DNA from: Promethearchaeota archaeon
Lineage (GTDB): Archaea > Asgardarchaeota > Lokiarchaeia > Sigyniarchaeales > SOKP01
Length of the DNA: 64,000 nt
Direction: 5' to 3'
NCBI GenBank assembly: GCA_048941285.1
Contig: JBHLNS010000007.1
Span: 41,686-105,685 of the forward strand
Below, piece after piece: positions 20,446 to 29,891 of the stretch. Below the pieces are notes generated by a model, which worked only from the letters and a program-made list of their open reading frames with translations, made no database searches and was not told the origin of the DNA. The stretch's first letter is position 1. The number at the start of each line of letters is the position of its first letter. Made by a program: the position numbers and the translations under genes.

Positions 20446-21702
20446 ATGAATTTCAAATTTCATATTATCAAGAGGATAAAAGAGCTATATAAACATAAAA
20501 TTTTCAGATATGCTCTAGTCCTTCAAAGTTTTTATTTTATACTATCAATTATTCTTTATTTTTCTCTCTATCAAGAAAAAAATGACTTCGTAATTTTTTA
20601 TAATGTAGGGAACGTATTCCTCAATGATATTGAGAATCTTTATAATCAAACTTATTATTTATGGGATTTTAGATATTTTCCATTGTCAGCATTGTTTTTT
20701 ATTCCTTTTTCTCTCTTAAGTACTGATTCTGCATTTATAATTTTTAATATTTTCAATGTATTTTTGAATATTTTAATTTGTAACTATTTATATAAAATAA
20801 TCTTGCTGGTTAGAAAGGAAGATCATGAAAAAGATGATAAGAGAGTTATTTTATATATATGTATTTACTTAATGGGATTACCGCATGTGCTCAATTATAT
20901 TTATGGACAAATAAATTTATATATTACATTTTTTATTGTCTTATCTCTTTATATTTTTCTTAAGTATAAAGATATTAAGTGGCAATTTATAGCAAGTCTA
21001 ATTTTAGGCATAAGTATAATCATTAAACCTACAGCATTTTTATTAATACCTTTTCTTATAATAATAAATTTCAATTTAACAAATAAAAAGTTCAGAATTG
21101 AGTTTTTAAGAAGTTTGACTCGTATCATTGGAGTTTTAGTTCCTGTTTTATTAAATTTTATTCCTTTCTTTTTATATCCAACTCTATGGGAAGGGTTTTT
21201 GGAGACTAATTTTACGGGTAGTAATCCAGTCGCCTTAAATTTTTCTTTCAGTTTTACTAAGCTAATAACTAACTTCTGTTATTTTTATAATATCCCTTTT
21301 AACCAACTTATTCTTTTTTTAGGCGTTGTTGCTATAATTGGAGGATTAGGATTTATAACATTCTTAATCAGGAGATTTGAGAAAAATTCAATAATATATG
21401 GTTATGCTTTTGGCATCCTAATCATGTTACTTGCATATTTTGACTCATGGGATCATCATTTACTCAATTTAACTCCAATTTTAATTATTATTATGTTTAA
21501 TTTACCACGTCGTTCTAAAATTACAGCCCCTTTTAAATTGAGTTTATTTTTCTTTAGTTTTTTAGATCTTGCTTTTGTAGGAATATGGTACTTAATTTAT
21601 CCATTATTCCCATATAATTTAGAGCCAACATTCTTTTTAATAATAACATTCTATGGGATTGGTAAATATTGTTTGATAAAGAAAAATAGAGAGGAGATCT
21701 AA
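20446..21702 (+). CDS. GT-C fold glycosyltransferase, family 87/DUF2029-like (copy 1)
   Basis: TM1 followed by NDF..FY, FRYFPLS.LFF.PF, GQIN, IKP, SWDHH. Confidence 0.75.
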   Translation: MNFKFHIIKRIKELYKHKIFRYALVLQSFYFILSIILYFSLYQEKNDFVIFYNVGNVFLNDIENLYNQTYYLWDFRYFPLSALFFIPFSLLSTDSAFIIFNIFNVFLNILICNYLYKIILLVRKEDHEKDDKRVILYICIYLMGLPHVLNYIYGQINLYITFFIVLSLYIFLKYKDIKWQFIASLILGISIIIKPTAFLLIPFLIIINFNLTNKKFRIEFLRSLTRIIGVLVPVLLNFIPFFLYPTLWEGFLETNFTGSNPVALNFSFSFTKLITNFCYFYNIPFNQLILFLGVVAIIGGLGFITFLIRRFEKNSIIYGYAFGILIMLLAYFDSWDHHLLNLTPILIIIMFNLPRRSKITAPFKLSLFFFSFLDLAFVGIWYLIYPLFPYNLEPTFFLIITFYGIGKYCLIKKNREEI

Positions 21703-21706
21703 AAAA

Positions 21707-22447
21707 TTGAAGCGAAAAGGATATATCTTCAATATATTTTTATTTTTCTTATTAATGAGCAATATAATATCTATTGTGAATGCTCTCGATTATGGTGTAG
21801 GAGTTAGTGAGAGTCAGGAATTAATCTGGACTTGTAAAAAATGCAATCAAATAGAGATGAATAATATTTTTGGAAATGAATGGAAAGATTCTGGAGTCTT
21901 CAAAAATTTAAGTGCTGGAAAACGAATGAAATGGAAAATTAATAGTATTGAAGTCAATCAATCATTCTCTAAGATAAATATTAGCATTTGGGATTGGACT
22001 AGTGAAAAAATATGGGGAATAAAAGATAATGATTCTGAAATAACTTATTTTTTTGATACATTAGAATCGAATTTTACTACATATACGTCTCTAGTTCCAT
22101 TTTGGTTTCCAGTTCCCGTAGGAGAATTTATTGGAAGTTTAGAATTAAATAATTGGTATGATGTGGATAATAGAGTTTTACCTACTCTAAACGTGGAAAT
22201 TGAAAAAGATGAGATATCTCTCGGATTTCCTCTAAAAAGGATAAAGATTATTGCAATTTATAATAACCAAGGGATTTTAAATTCCTATAAACTCTATACT
22301 ACGGGTAATGTTGTTATTATAGACATTAGTCTTGAATTTTTACCTATTTATGTAATACCAACTTTAGTAGGATTATTAACTGCATTATCTGTTAGTATTA
22401 TAATATATTTGTCAAAAAAGAGAAAATTAATTTTAAAACAATTATAA
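21707..22447 (+). CDS. secreted protein with C-terminal TM anchor
   Basis: N-terminal signal peptide; C-terminal TM followed by KKRK; several NxS/T sequons. Confidence 0.7.
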   Translation: MKRKGYIFNIFLFFLLMSNIISIVNALDYGVGVSESQELIWTCKKCNQIEMNNIFGNEWKDSGVFKNLSAGKRMKWKINSIEVNQSFSKINISIWDWTSEKIWGIKDNDSEITYFFDTLESNFTTYTSLVPFWFPVPVGEFIGSLELNNWYDVDNRVLPTLNVEIEKDEISLGFPLKRIKIIAIYNNQGILNSYKLYTTGNVVIIDISLEFLPIYVIPTLVGLLTALSVSIIIYLSKKRKLILKQL

Positions 22448-22466
22448 AAATGTGGGTATTTTAGAA

Positions 22467-23726
22467 ATGGATTTTAAAGATTTATATATTAAAATTATCA
22501 AGAGATTTAAGGAGCTTTGGGGCTATAAAATATTCCGATTTGCTGTTATTATTCAAATTTTTTATTTAATCTTTTCAATGGTTTTAACACTTATCTTTTT
22601 AAGAGAACAAAATGACTTTTTAGTATATTATAAGGTTGGTGAGGTTTTTATTACAGATATCACTAACCTTTATACAGCAGATTATTTGTGGCCATTCAGA
22701 TATTTTCCAATTTCAGCTATTTTCTTTGTTCCTTTTTATTTATTGGGTTTCGATTTTGGTTATGTCGTGTTTACTTTACTCAATTTATTATTGAATGTTA
22801 TAATATGTGTCCTTTTATATAAAATAATAATTCTTATAAAAGGTTTAGACCATGAGAAAGATGATAAGAGAATGGTCACGTATGTTTGTTTATTTCTAAT
22901 GGGATTACCTAACCTTTTTAATTACATTTTGGGCCAAATTAATTTATATGTAACTCTACTAATTTTATTATCCCTCTTTTTGTTTTTAACTCGAGAAACT
23001 ATTAAATGGGATTTAATATCTAGTTTCATTTTGGGATGTAGTATAATTATAAAGCCTATTACTATTTTCATGATACCATTCTTATTAGTATTAAATTTTA
23101 GATTTAAGAAAAGAAGATTTGAATTTAAAGCTCTTAAAAGTGTCATCAGAATGATTGGAGTTATTTTACCTTTAAGTTTAAACCTTTTCTTATTTCTACT
23201 TTATCCAACACTATGGGAAGGTTTCATTACCACTAATTTTACGGGGAGCGAACCAATTATCGTAAACCATTCATTTAGTTTAACTAAGATAATCTTAAAC
23301 TTCCTTATTTTCTATAATATCTCTCATAATCCATTATTAATCTTTCTATTTATTTTGCTCATTATAGGGGGATTAGGTTTTATTGTTTATGTTTTTCGAA
23401 GGATTACTAAAAATTCCATAATTCTGGCTTATCTTTTTGGTATTTTAATAATGTTACTTGTATATTATGACTCATGGCCACATCATCTGTTAGTATTAAT
23501 ACCTCTTTTAATAATTCTGATATTCTATGTCCCTCGAAATTCTAAAATAACAAGTAAATATTTAAAGCCGAGTTTTTTCTTTTTAAATTTTTTTGATTTA
23601 GCATTTATGGGCATTTGGTTTATTACACAGTATTTTTTTCCATATAATTTTGTTAGTACTATCTTTTTGTTAATAGTTCTTTACGGATCTGCTAAATTTT
23701 GTTTAACTGAAGATTCAAATTATTAA
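22467..23726 (+). CDS. GT87/DUF2029-like glycosyltransferase (copy 2)
   Basis: full-length paralog of 20446..21702 (DHEKDDKR, GQINLY, LYPTLWEGF..TNFTGS); ATG 22467 aligns with the paralog start. Confidence 0.75.
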   Translation: MDFKDLYIKIIKRFKELWGYKIFRFAVIIQIFYLIFSMVLTLIFLREQNDFLVYYKVGEVFITDITNLYTADYLWPFRYFPISAIFFVPFYLLGFDFGYVVFTLLNLLLNVIICVLLYKIIILIKGLDHEKDDKRMVTYVCLFLMGLPNLFNYILGQINLYVTLLILLSLFLFLTRETIKWDLISSFILGCSIIIKPITIFMIPFLLVLNFRFKKRRFEFKALKSVIRMIGVILPLSLNLFLFLLYPTLWEGFITTNFTGSEPIIVNHSFSLTKIILNFLIFYNISHNPLLIFLFILLIIGGLGFIVYVFRRITKNSIILAYLFGILIMLLVYYDSWPHHLLVLIPLLIILIFYVPRNSKITSKYLKPSFFFLNFFDLAFMGIWFITQYFFPYNFVSTIFLLIVLYGSAKFCLTEDSNY

Positions 23727-23858
23727 AAAAGTTGATTTAATTTATTAAAAATTTGAAAAATATTTAAAATAAGAAATTCTAATTATATTCATAGAGAATA
23801 TATTAACACTTAGTAAATTCCAATAATTTTTAAGACAAATTATCAATAAAAAAGTAAT

Positions 23859-24593
23859 ATGCTCCAATTTTATCCCCCACCTTTATTTCTGATTTTTGCG
23901 CCAGCGTTTCTTTTAGGCATATTACATACATTAATTCCATGTGAAGATAAAGCAATCTTTTTCTTTTGGTCTTTTGGTATATCTAAAACGCTTAAAAAAA
24001 GTCTTTTTATATTAATTTTTTATGGATTAGGCTTAATGTCCTCTAATTTGATAATAGCAACTGGCACAATTTTGATTAGTTTTATTCCACAGATTTTAAT
24101 TCCAGGAATTAGTGATATAAAACCTACTACAATAAACTTTTTCGGGTCATTAACTTCTATGTTTGCAGGAGTTATTTTGCTGTTCTTTATCACAAGACGA
24201 GGTTATTTTCCTCATTCAAAGCAAAAAGATGAGATATTTCAATTTAATTGGGAAAAGAGAAAGACTCCGTATCTATTTGGAATCCTTGCAGGATTTGCTC
24301 CTTGTATCTTTGAGTTTTTTATATATTCTCAATGCTTAACCTTTTCTTTAAGCTATGAATTAGGATTCATTGATGGGATTTTCACAGTGTTCTATTTTTC
24401 TTTAGGCACGTTTATTGGATTATTTCCCATTGCTTTAGCGAAACATGGAACATCTCAAATAATAAAATCAAAAGAGACAAGAAAAAATTGGATCCTTATT
24501 CTTATGATTATCATAATAATTGTATTTAACACGGTTGTTATGATTTTATCATTTTTAGGAATTCCTGTTTTCCCAGAAGTACCAATTCCTTAA
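23859..24593 (+). CDS. NiCoT/UreH/DsbD-like membrane protein
   Basis: LGILHTLIPC and G.LAGFAPC, F.LGT motifs; 6 TM. Confidence 0.6.
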   Translation: MLQFYPPPLFLIFAPAFLLGILHTLIPCEDKAIFFFWSFGISKTLKKSLFILIFYGLGLMSSNLIIATGTILISFIPQILIPGISDIKPTTINFFGSLTSMFAGVILLFFITRRGYFPHSKQKDEIFQFNWEKRKTPYLFGILAGFAPCIFEFFIYSQCLTFSLSYELGFIDGIFTVFYFSLGTFIGLFPIALAKHGTSQIIKSKETRKNWILILMIIIIIVFNTVVMILSFLGIPVFPEVPIP

Positions 24594-24748
24594 TTATAGA
24601 CTTGCTAATAGATTACAACAATAAATTTAAAAATTAATACAAGATTCATATGTTATTGAAACAATAAAATTTGGGCTATATAAAAAATATTAAGCACGAA
24701 TTTTTTTTATAATAATATAATTCATAAATTAAATTATAATATTAAACT

Positions 24749-27118
24749 ATGAAATGTTTATTCTGTGAAAATCAAAAAATCGATTTCACATGCGAAAAAT
24801 GTAAATCTAGCTTTTGCATTAATCATATTGCTACAACTGAAATACATGAATGTAGAAAACATAATTTAATCTATTCTAAAGTAAAAGCAATTGAAAGAAA
24901 TTTTAAATGCACGGTTGTAGAAAGCAGTGAATGCCCAGTTTGTAAAAATCTCTTAAGATTAGAAAGATTATCTTCAGGGCAGTATTATTTAGAATGTATT
25001 AATCCGAATTGTCCTGAAGCATGGAATTCATATTTGAAAACACCAGGGTTATTTTTCCCTTCAAAGGAAAAACTTGCAAGAGAAGCTTTAAGATATAATC
25101 TCATAAAAGTTAATAGATTAATCTTATGTAGTAAGAAATTACGCCATATAATTGGAAAAGAAGTTTGTCCTAAATGTTTTCTAGACTTGTTACAAATAGC
25201 TCCGATTACTAATTTTTCAACAATAATGAATTCTTTTAATATATCTGCAGAACAAATGATTAAATTTATAAACAAATACATTGAGGAAGAACGAATATAT
25301 GGAATTATTGATCAAAAAAATCAGATGTTTTATTACATATCTCCCGAAATGCGGGAAAATATATTAGCTAAATTTCAAAATGAAGGGATAATTAAAGTAA
25401 GCGATTTAGGAACTATGCTTGATATGAGTTCGGAGATCGCTTTAAAAGTAATTTACAAGTTAATAAATCAGTTTCAAATTAAAGGTTCTTTCTCATTAGA
25501 TAAAGATATATATTATACTCAAAAGTATATATTAGACAGTTTGATAAAAGAGATTAATAAAAAAGGGAGGGTAAATCTTAAAGAACTTGCTGATATTTTT
25601 GATATCCCAAAAGAACTTGTTAAATCATTTTGTGTGAATTTAATGAGAACTAAAGCTGTTAATGGTTTTTTCGCTGATCGTGGAAATGAAATCATTACAG
25701 CTGATCAAATTTACACAGATATAAGAAATTATTCCAAAGAAACAGGATTGTTTGAACTTTCAAAGCTTGCTATAAAATTAAAAATTGCAGTAGAATTAGC
25801 AAGAAAAAGCCTTCATGAGTTAATAAAAACCGGTGATATTAAAGGCCTCTTTACTCAAAGAAGAGAATTTATGACTAATAAACACATGGAGAAAAAGATA
25901 AGAGAAATCGCTAGAGCATATAGAACAATGCCTTTACGAGAACTTTCAAATAGATTAGGAGTCACTGAATCAAGTATTGAAGAAAATTTAGCTCAAATTA
26001 TAGCTCGTGGAGATATAGATGGATATATCGATATGTCTAAGAAAGTTTTTGTTGCGTACAGTGTCCCTATGGAAACAACATCAAAAGCTAAATCAACAGC
26101 CAAAGAACCTCTCGATGAAGGTAAAATTGAAGTTGTTCGTGATTATGATTTCGTAGGTGGTCAATTACATTTCAAGGTAGCTATCCGCAATCAAAGTAAT
26201 ATGGCAATAAATACAGTGAAAGTCCTTTTAGATGTACCTTCAAGTTATAATGCAAAAAGTCCTCTCATTACTGTGCCTGTTATAGAAGCAAAAAACTCTA
26301 GAGGTGTTGATTTCTATTTGGAGCCAAAAGAATGCGGAATTTCGAATATTACTGGTGATGTTATCTACAAAACCGCTACTGGAGAAAAAAAAACGGTTCA
26401 CATACGTAAAAAAGAAGTTCAAATAAAATGTCCCTTAGTAGTTTCATGTTTAGCAACAATCGAAGATATTCAAATAGCCATCGCAGATCTTCCCAATGAT
26501 GCTCGAGCATTTTTAATTGCAGATCTGGATCCTCGTTTAGCTTTTAGAGCAGCAGTAAGAACCATTAAGCGTTTTGAAGTAAGCACAGTGACTTCTCATG
26601 AAGGAACTGATTCTAAAGGTAAATATGAAGCGGAGAGTTGGCATTGTTCAGAAGCGAAGATAGGTGGAGGAAGAATTGTTACACGAATATATGTATCTGA
26701 AGCGAATCAGTCATTAGAAGTTAGAGTTTGGTGTAATCATCCTGGTCAATTAACAGGGTTTTTAGCTAAAGTGATTGAGCTATTATTTGAGGAGATCAAT
26801 TTAATAAGAAAGATTAAAAGTGAAGAACGTGAAAAAACAATCGATGTTATGGCAATAACTCAAAATATTGCAGAGATGTCGGATTATTGCATGCTAAGAT
26901 GGAAAGCGCAAAACATTAGAACTAAATTACATGATACTTTTGTTAGAGTAAGAAAAATTATGGGAGATAAAGAAGCTATTCTAGGGAGAATGGAATTTTG
27001 GTTAACAAACTTGAATAAATATGGAAAAGATGATAAGATTTCCGATGAGGACGCAGATAAACTTGTGGTAGAACTTGAAAACTTTAGGAATGTTATCGCT
27101 CGTTCTATCAAATTGTAG
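24749..27118 (+). CDS. multidomain protein: Zn fingers + PCI/winged-helix repeats (DDRGK1/UFL1-like) + adaptin-ear-like sandwich/platform
   Basis: CxxC clusters aa 1-145; five ~59-aa wH repeats ending in G.I.G.[IF]; beta-rich sandwich then alpha/beta platform. Confidence 0.7.
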   Translation: MKCLFCENQKIDFTCEKCKSSFCINHIATTEIHECRKHNLIYSKVKAIERNFKCTVVESSECPVCKNLLRLERLSSGQYYLECINPNCPEAWNSYLKTPGLFFPSKEKLAREALRYNLIKVNRLILCSKKLRHIIGKEVCPKCFLDLLQIAPITNFSTIMNSFNISAEQMIKFINKYIEEERIYGIIDQKNQMFYYISPEMRENILAKFQNEGIIKVSDLGTMLDMSSEIALKVIYKLINQFQIKGSFSLDKDIYYTQKYILDSLIKEINKKGRVNLKELADIFDIPKELVKSFCVNLMRTKAVNGFFADRGNEIITADQIYTDIRNYSKETGLFELSKLAIKLKIAVELARKSLHELIKTGDIKGLFTQRREFMTNKHMEKKIREIARAYRTMPLRELSNRLGVTESSIEENLAQIIARGDIDGYIDMSKKVFVAYSVPMETTSKAKSTAKEPLDEGKIEVVRDYDFVGGQLHFKVAIRNQSNMAINTVKVLLDVPSSYNAKSPLITVPVIEAKNSRGVDFYLEPKECGISNITGDVIYKTATGEKKTVHIRKKEVQIKCPLVVSCLATIEDIQIAIADLPNDARAFLIADLDPRLAFRAAVRTIKRFEVSTVTSHEGTDSKGKYEAESWHCSEAKIGGGRIVTRIYVSEANQSLEVRVWCNHPGQLTGFLAKVIELLFEEINLIRKIKSEEREKTIDVMAITQNIAEMSDYCMLRWKAQNIRTKLHDTFVRVRKIMGDKEAILGRMEFWLTNLNKYGKDDKISDEDADKLVVELENFRNVIARSIKL

Positions 27119-27183
27119 GGTTATCTTCCCTAAAAAAAGATTTATATTCTTTAGAATCTATATTTATTATTAAAAACTAATTT

Positions 27184-27612
27184 TTGGTGTTAATTATTCC
27201 TATTATCAGTGTTTCTTTGAATGAGAATCTGAAAAAATTCATTAATAAGCTTGTTTCAAAAAACCAGTACGAGAATAAATCTAAATTAATTAGAGATGCT
27301 CTATTACGTTTAATGTCTACAGAAGATATATCTTCTTCCCTTGATTCTTTTAGTGATTTTACTCCAGTTGCAAAAAAGGTGATTGGTAACATGATTATTG
27401 TTGCTCCTAATGATTCAAATGTTCAAAAAAAATTAAATAGAATAGAAAGTGAATATAACAAACAGATTGTTAGTAAAAATCAGAATTTTGTAAATCAAAA
27501 TTTCATAATATTTATGATTTATGAAGGAAATCTTCAAGAATTTCAAAAACTTGTTGTAGAGATAAATAGTATCGAAGAAATAAAAAATTTTAGATACCTA
27601 ATTATTAACTAA
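27184..27612 (+). CDS. NikR/CopG-like ribbon-helix-helix regulator
   Basis: PIISVSL.E.L...I..LV....Y.NKS.LIRDAL; ACT-like C-terminal domain; true start uncertain (27184, 27187 or ATT 27196). Confidence 0.75.
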   Translation: MVLIIPIISVSLNENLKKFINKLVSKNQYENKSKLIRDALLRLMSTEDISSSLDSFSDFTPVAKKVIGNMIIVAPNDSNVQKKLNRIESEYNKQIVSKNQNFVNQNFIIFMIYEGNLQEFQKLVVEINSIEEIKNFRYLIIN

Positions 27613-27696
27613 AATTATCTTTCTATTTCCAAAAAATTTAGAATAATTATTAAATATAACTGCAATCATATAAAGGTCAAATAAAGTAATATAAAA

Positions 27697-28056
27697 ATGG
27701 GAAAAAACAAATACGGGAAAGCATTTCAAAAAGAAACGCATTTGAAGCACGGTGGAGTCAAGCAAGGAGGAGATCCTATTCGCGGAGGAAAAATTAAGGC
27801 AAGTCACATCTTAGTTGAGAAGTTTAGTAAAGCTAAAGAGATTCATGAAGATTTAATGGCTGGAGATAAGTTTGAACAATTAGCAAGTCAATATTCTAGC
27901 TGTTCAAGTAAGAAGAGAGGAGGAAATTTAGGTGAATTTAGTAAAGGAGATATGGTCCCCGAATTTTGGGACGCATGTACAAAATTAAAAATTGGTGAAA
28001 TTTCTCAACCCGTAAAATCTCAGTATGGATACCATATTATCAAACGCACAGGATAA
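27697..28056 (+). CDS. parvulin-type peptidyl-prolyl cis-trans isomerase
   Basis: ASHILV, F..LA..YS, GGNLG.F.KG.MVPEF, SQPVKSQYGYHII. Confidence 0.92.
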   Translation: MGKNKYGKAFQKETHLKHGGVKQGGDPIRGGKIKASHILVEKFSKAKEIHEDLMAGDKFEQLASQYSSCSSKKRGGNLGEFSKGDMVPEFWDACTKLKIGEISQPVKSQYGYHIIKRTG

Positions 28057-28064
28057 AATATAAG

Positions 28065-28166
28065 TAGCCCAGCACGGATTCGAACCGTGGTCCAGGGGTA
28101 TCTCCAAAAACTTAGTTAAAAAGATTTATCAGAGCCCCCGATGCTTGACCTCTACACCACTGGGCT
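28065..28166 (-). tRNA. tRNA-Gln(CUG) with 29-nt canonical intron (37/38; 28100-28128)
   Basis: acceptor AGCCCAG/CTGGGCT, T arm CACGG-TTCGAAT-CCGTG, anticodon stem GGGGG/CCCCT; BHB central helix CTCT:GGAG. Confidence 0.92.
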
Positions 28167-28350
28167 TTTAAAGCGTTTTTATGAACCTTATTTATTTGAT
28201 AATAATAATTTGGAAACTCTAAAAAACCTTTCTCAATTAACTAAATTTAACCGTACATTAGTTAAATGCTTCCAAAATATAAATTAATAACCAAAAAAAT
28301 TTCTTTTTTAAATAAGATAAATTTTTATTTATTAATCTCTATATGTATAT

Positions 28351-28490
28351 TGGATTACACACACTTGATCTGGAGGACACGAAAAGATATCAGTTTAATA
28401 AACTAGTTTTTAAACCCCGTGTGACTGAAAAAAAAAACCCCGTAAACTGAAAACACTTTTTAAATTATTCCTCCATTGTGTAATCCACCC
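28351..28490 (-). ncRNA. candidate structured ncRNA (~140 nt)
   Basis: perfect 11-bp and 7-bp nested terminal stems, further 8-bp stem, internal direct repeat; TATA-like ATAAATA ~30 nt upstream on minus strand. Confidence 0.5.
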
Positions 28491-28563
28491 TTTAGAATTA
28501 AATATGATTATGATATTTATGTAACATCTTAATTCATTATTTAGATCATAAAAAGTATTTGTG

Positions 28564-29766
28564 TTAGTTATTTTTCCTAAATTTATTATAGATTTCATTA
28601 AAATACTTATCAGACATGCCGGCAATATAATCTCGTACTATAAGGGTTAATTGATTTTTTTTTTGGAGCGATTTGAAATAGGTACTAAAACTTTTATCAT
28701 CAATATATTCAATATGATCTTTAAAAATGGGTGCTTTATAATTTTCTTGTTCTAAATCTTTCAAGGATCTACTAAAAATTAATAAAAACCTCTCTTTTAA
28801 TTTATCAATAAAATTTTTATCAGTAGAGTTTTTTTGAAGCAAATCCCTTCTTATGTATATATTATCGTAATTAAATGCTTTCAATTCTTTTAAAGCTTGG
28901 AAAATTTCATCTGAATATCCTATAACATCATTATCTAAACTGAAATTAAGTAGATCTGTAATTAAAGTATCAATAATTTTTGGATTTGTATCTCCAAGAA
29001 TCTTTGTACAATTTTTAGGAATCTGTTTTCGATCTATTAACTTTAATAATATGGCATCTTCAATGTCCCTTCCTATATAACTAATAGTATCACTAAACCT
29101 AGTAACAATTGCTTCATAAGTCATAGGAATTCTCTTGATTTTATTCTCATTGAAACAATCGTCATACTCTTTGAAATGTTCTTCCCAAGATTTTCCATTT
29201 CTTTTGTTGGGTTTCAGTTGTTGTTCATTGACCTCCCCATCATGACAAAGTATTCCATCAAGGACTTGTAATGTTAAGTTAAGGCCATTAGCTGGCTGGT
29301 CAGGATGTCTTTTCTCTAGATATGAAAGCCATCGAATTCCTTGGGCATTATGGCTGAAAGTCCCCATATTATATTCTTTACTAATTTCATTTAAAAGATC
29401 TTCACCCAAATGCCCGAAAGGGGCATGTCCAACATCATGACCTAACGCAATTGCTTCTATTAAATCGGTATTCAATCTTAAAACTCTTCCTATTTGGCGG
29501 GCAATCCTAGAAACTATGTGAACATGAAGTGAACGATGAGTGATATTTGCATTATTTATATCAAAAAATACTTGGGATTTATCAATATAACGAGCATAAG
29601 CTTTGGAATGGACAATTTTATCAACATCTCGAAAGAAAGGAGGTCTAATCTCTTCACTTTCTTCTTTATGATATCTGATTGCCTCAGAATCCAATATTCC
29701 GTGAATTCCTACATTCACATCTCTTTTCATTCGAGTTTGTAAGAGATCAATTCTACGCTTATCCAT
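28564..29766 (-). CDS. HD-domain dGTP triphosphohydrolase-like protein
   Basis: F.RD.DKI.HSKA..R...KSQV, HRSLH, GHDVGHAPFGH.GE, HNAQG.R, DYIAGMSD. Confidence 0.88.
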   Translation of the reverse strand: MDKRRIDLLQTRMKRDVNVGIHGILDSEAIRYHKEESEEIRPPFFRDVDKIVHSKAYARYIDKSQVFFDINNANITHRSLHVHIVSRIARQIGRVLRLNTDLIEAIALGHDVGHAPFGHLGEDLLNEISKEYNMGTFSHNAQGIRWLSYLEKRHPDQPANGLNLTLQVLDGILCHDGEVNEQQLKPNKRNGKSWEEHFKEYDDCFNENKIKRIPMTYEAIVTRFSDTISYIGRDIEDAILLKLIDRKQIPKNCTKILGDTNPKIIDTLITDLLNFSLDNDVIGYSDEIFQALKELKAFNYDNIYIRRDLLQKNSTDKNFIDKLKERFLLIFSRSLKDLEQENYKAPIFKDHIEYIDDKSFSTYFKSLQKKNQLTLIVRDYIAGMSDKYFNEIYNKFRKNN

Positions 29767-29891
29767 CTTGGCAAGATCTTTTTTTTTCTTAAAGACTATT
29801 GATATAAGATTAGATTGATTATTATAAAGATTTTTCTAGCTCAGTATTAAAATAAATAGTATTTTATTCTCAGTAATAAATTTAATTTCGA

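Noticed and set aside
28412-28453. AAACCCC repeats as a telomerase-like template or mini-CRISPR
   Set aside because: Only two short copies, no spacers, and no RT or cas gene in the window
28351-28487. MITE interpretation of the 11-bp terminal inverted repeat
   Set aside because: No target-site duplication, no second copy and no transposase in the window; not excluded genome-wide
28410-28625. 71-aa minus-strand ORF
   Set aside because: Overlaps the dGTPase-like 3' end out of frame and the structured element; no protein-like features
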